From Zygnema circumcarinatum SAG 698-1b (taxonomy: Eukaryota; Plantae; Zygnematophyceae): a stretch of 64,000 bases of DNA. A model generated the notes under the pieces. That model searched no databases. It saw only the letters and a list, made by a program, of their open reading frames with translations, and was not told the origin of the DNA. The translations under genes and the position numbers were made by a program. Location of the stretch: the NCBI GenBank assembly GCA_037447605.1, contig CM074808.1, forward strand, positions 2,542,001 to 2,606,000. The letters run 5' to 3'. Of the stretch, positions 62,498 through 64,000 are shown one piece after another (within the stretch, counting starts at the first letter, position 1; every line of letters starts with the position of its first letter).

Positions 62498-64000
62498 CGT
62501 CATCGCCATCGTCCATCTCAGCATATTCTTCATCGTCATCGAAGCCATATGTCTGTCCATAAACGTCGGCCCAGCCATAGCAGGCCCGAAATATTTGTAA
62601 GACAAGAATGAAGGGGCGCACTGACCAGTGCAAAGCCACACGACCCTCATCAGCAAATGGCCATTTAGAAGCAGATGATGAATATGGTGTGTAGCATAGC
62701 CTGAGCATGTTCCACCTGTGCGTAGTCATCATCGTCAAATTCCTCTTCCTCCTCTATCACTTCCTCGTCCTCCTCCGCTTCACCCTCTCCTTTCTTCTTC
62801 TCTTCCCCCTCTTCTCCCTCCTGCACACACGACCGCCCTATCCTCCTCAGCAGTTGGACTCATGTCCTAATTTCCACCAGGTTCCATATTTCATATAAGC
62901 AACAAGCAACAACGAGCAATTGCCGATTGGCCTTGTCGGGGAAGGGTAACCAAAGTTGTTCGAGCCTTACCCCTGCTTGTTCCCTCTTCTTTTCCAGATT
63001 CGCCAACATGTCCAGTCTTTGGAGGTCTGCAAGACGCCAACCCAAAGTTCAGTTCAACGAGCAGACAGCACATACAAGTAACCTATAACTAGTTAGCCAT
63101 ACCTTAGACTTTACATCCAGCACAGTATGCACTTTCTGAGCTCATGTTTGCTTCAACATCCAGCCGCAAAGAATTCTCACCATTCCCTCCAGACTTTTGG
63201 ACCATCCATGGAGTGAGACCGCCAGGGTGCACAGCTTTGGGTTTTGCTGTAGAATCTGCAGAAAAGGAGGGAAAAAAATCCGTCAACTAATTCAGCTCAA
63301 GAATACAAACACACTATGGTGGCCTGCATTGTGAGGCTTTGACTAAATATACTTCACACGGCAGACTCATTGGCGACAAGACAAGCATTGAACGTCCGAA
63401 TGGCAGATTCTGACGTTGATTGTGAACAGAAAGGGGACAAGGCAGGAAGGGCGCACCAAGAAGTTCTCCTGGAAAATGGGCAAGACTAAGCTTGAGCACA
63501 GAACTCAAAGGAGCGCGTGCTATGGCTACAGCTTTCTTATAGCGGTCAGAATAACGCACTATGTCAGCCTCCAACCCCGCTGCAAAAGTGCCGGTCATAT
63601 CAGATCAGGCCAGAGTAAACCCTCGTAAGTTTTAATTACTGAGGCCTACGTATCTCAACTTGCTCACCAAGGTTCACGTTCAGCATTTCATATACTTGAT
63701 ACAACCACGCTTTGCAGTCTCCACTCCTAACTACATAGGTTTAAGAACTGAAAGAACCGCGGTCCTAATGTGCAAGCAAATGAAGATGACTGGTAATGAA
63801 GCTTCCTTTTTTTGAGTTTAGCTTTTATTTGAACGCCATCGTCAAATTGCATCAAGCGCACAGAAAGCATCGAAGGTGACAAAAACCAAAAAAACACCTG
63901 CTTTCTTCTTTGGCTTCTCGATGAAGTAGGGGGATCCCAGAAAAGCCTGTTCAAAGTGGCGGCGATATCCCAATAACTGAAGATCGCTGGGGGATACGTC
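62498..64000 (-). CDS. RPC7: RNA polymerase III subunit RPC7/C31-like, partial (start beyond the window; last exon not located)
   Basis: RRHFEQAFLGSPYFIEK / DIVRYSDRYKK...HFPGELL / LDMLANLEKK / acidic EEEEFDDDDYAQ/TYGFDDDEEYAEMDDGDD. Confidence 0.75.

Overview
Intron-rich eukaryotic nuclear DNA from a green plant lineage. A streptophyte alga or non-seed plant is most likely, inferred from TIC110, a plant-type formiminotransferase and a multi-intron 6PGD; the species cannot be named. There are three blocks. (1) 430-3993: 6-phosphogluconate dehydrogenase. (2) 4667-28432: a ~24-kb nested transposon island between two convergent genes. It holds four copies of one TA-targeting MITE, two related Ty3/gypsy elements arranged head-to-head (X, minus, 5045-19015; Y, plus, 20691-28259) that each sit inside a MITE copy, a Ty1/copia element nested in X, and a 79-bp hairpin element. 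(3) 28.8-64 kb: dense housekeeping genes, mostly divergent pairs (RPA43/RPS13, LSD1-finger ORF/eIF3j, CPSF73/formiminotransferase, TIC110/APLF-like), plus a small secreted Cys-rich ORF and a partial RPC7. The most unusual signal is the end structure of the gypsy family, seen in both copies. The 5' LTR lacks the terminal TGCTACA of the 3' LTR and runs straight into the tRNA-iMet PBS. The missing bases recur ~1.06 kb downstream behind an AG, as if a GT-AG intron splits U5. There is no polypurine tract; a near-copy of the LTR terminus sits directly before the 3' LTR instead (A1...B1-A2-B2, Ngaro/PAT-like, but with a DDE integrase and 4-bp TSD). Caveat: much of the island looks like unpolished long-read sequence with two N gaps, so copy-to-copy divergence is not interpretable. 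All calls are by eye, with no database searches.
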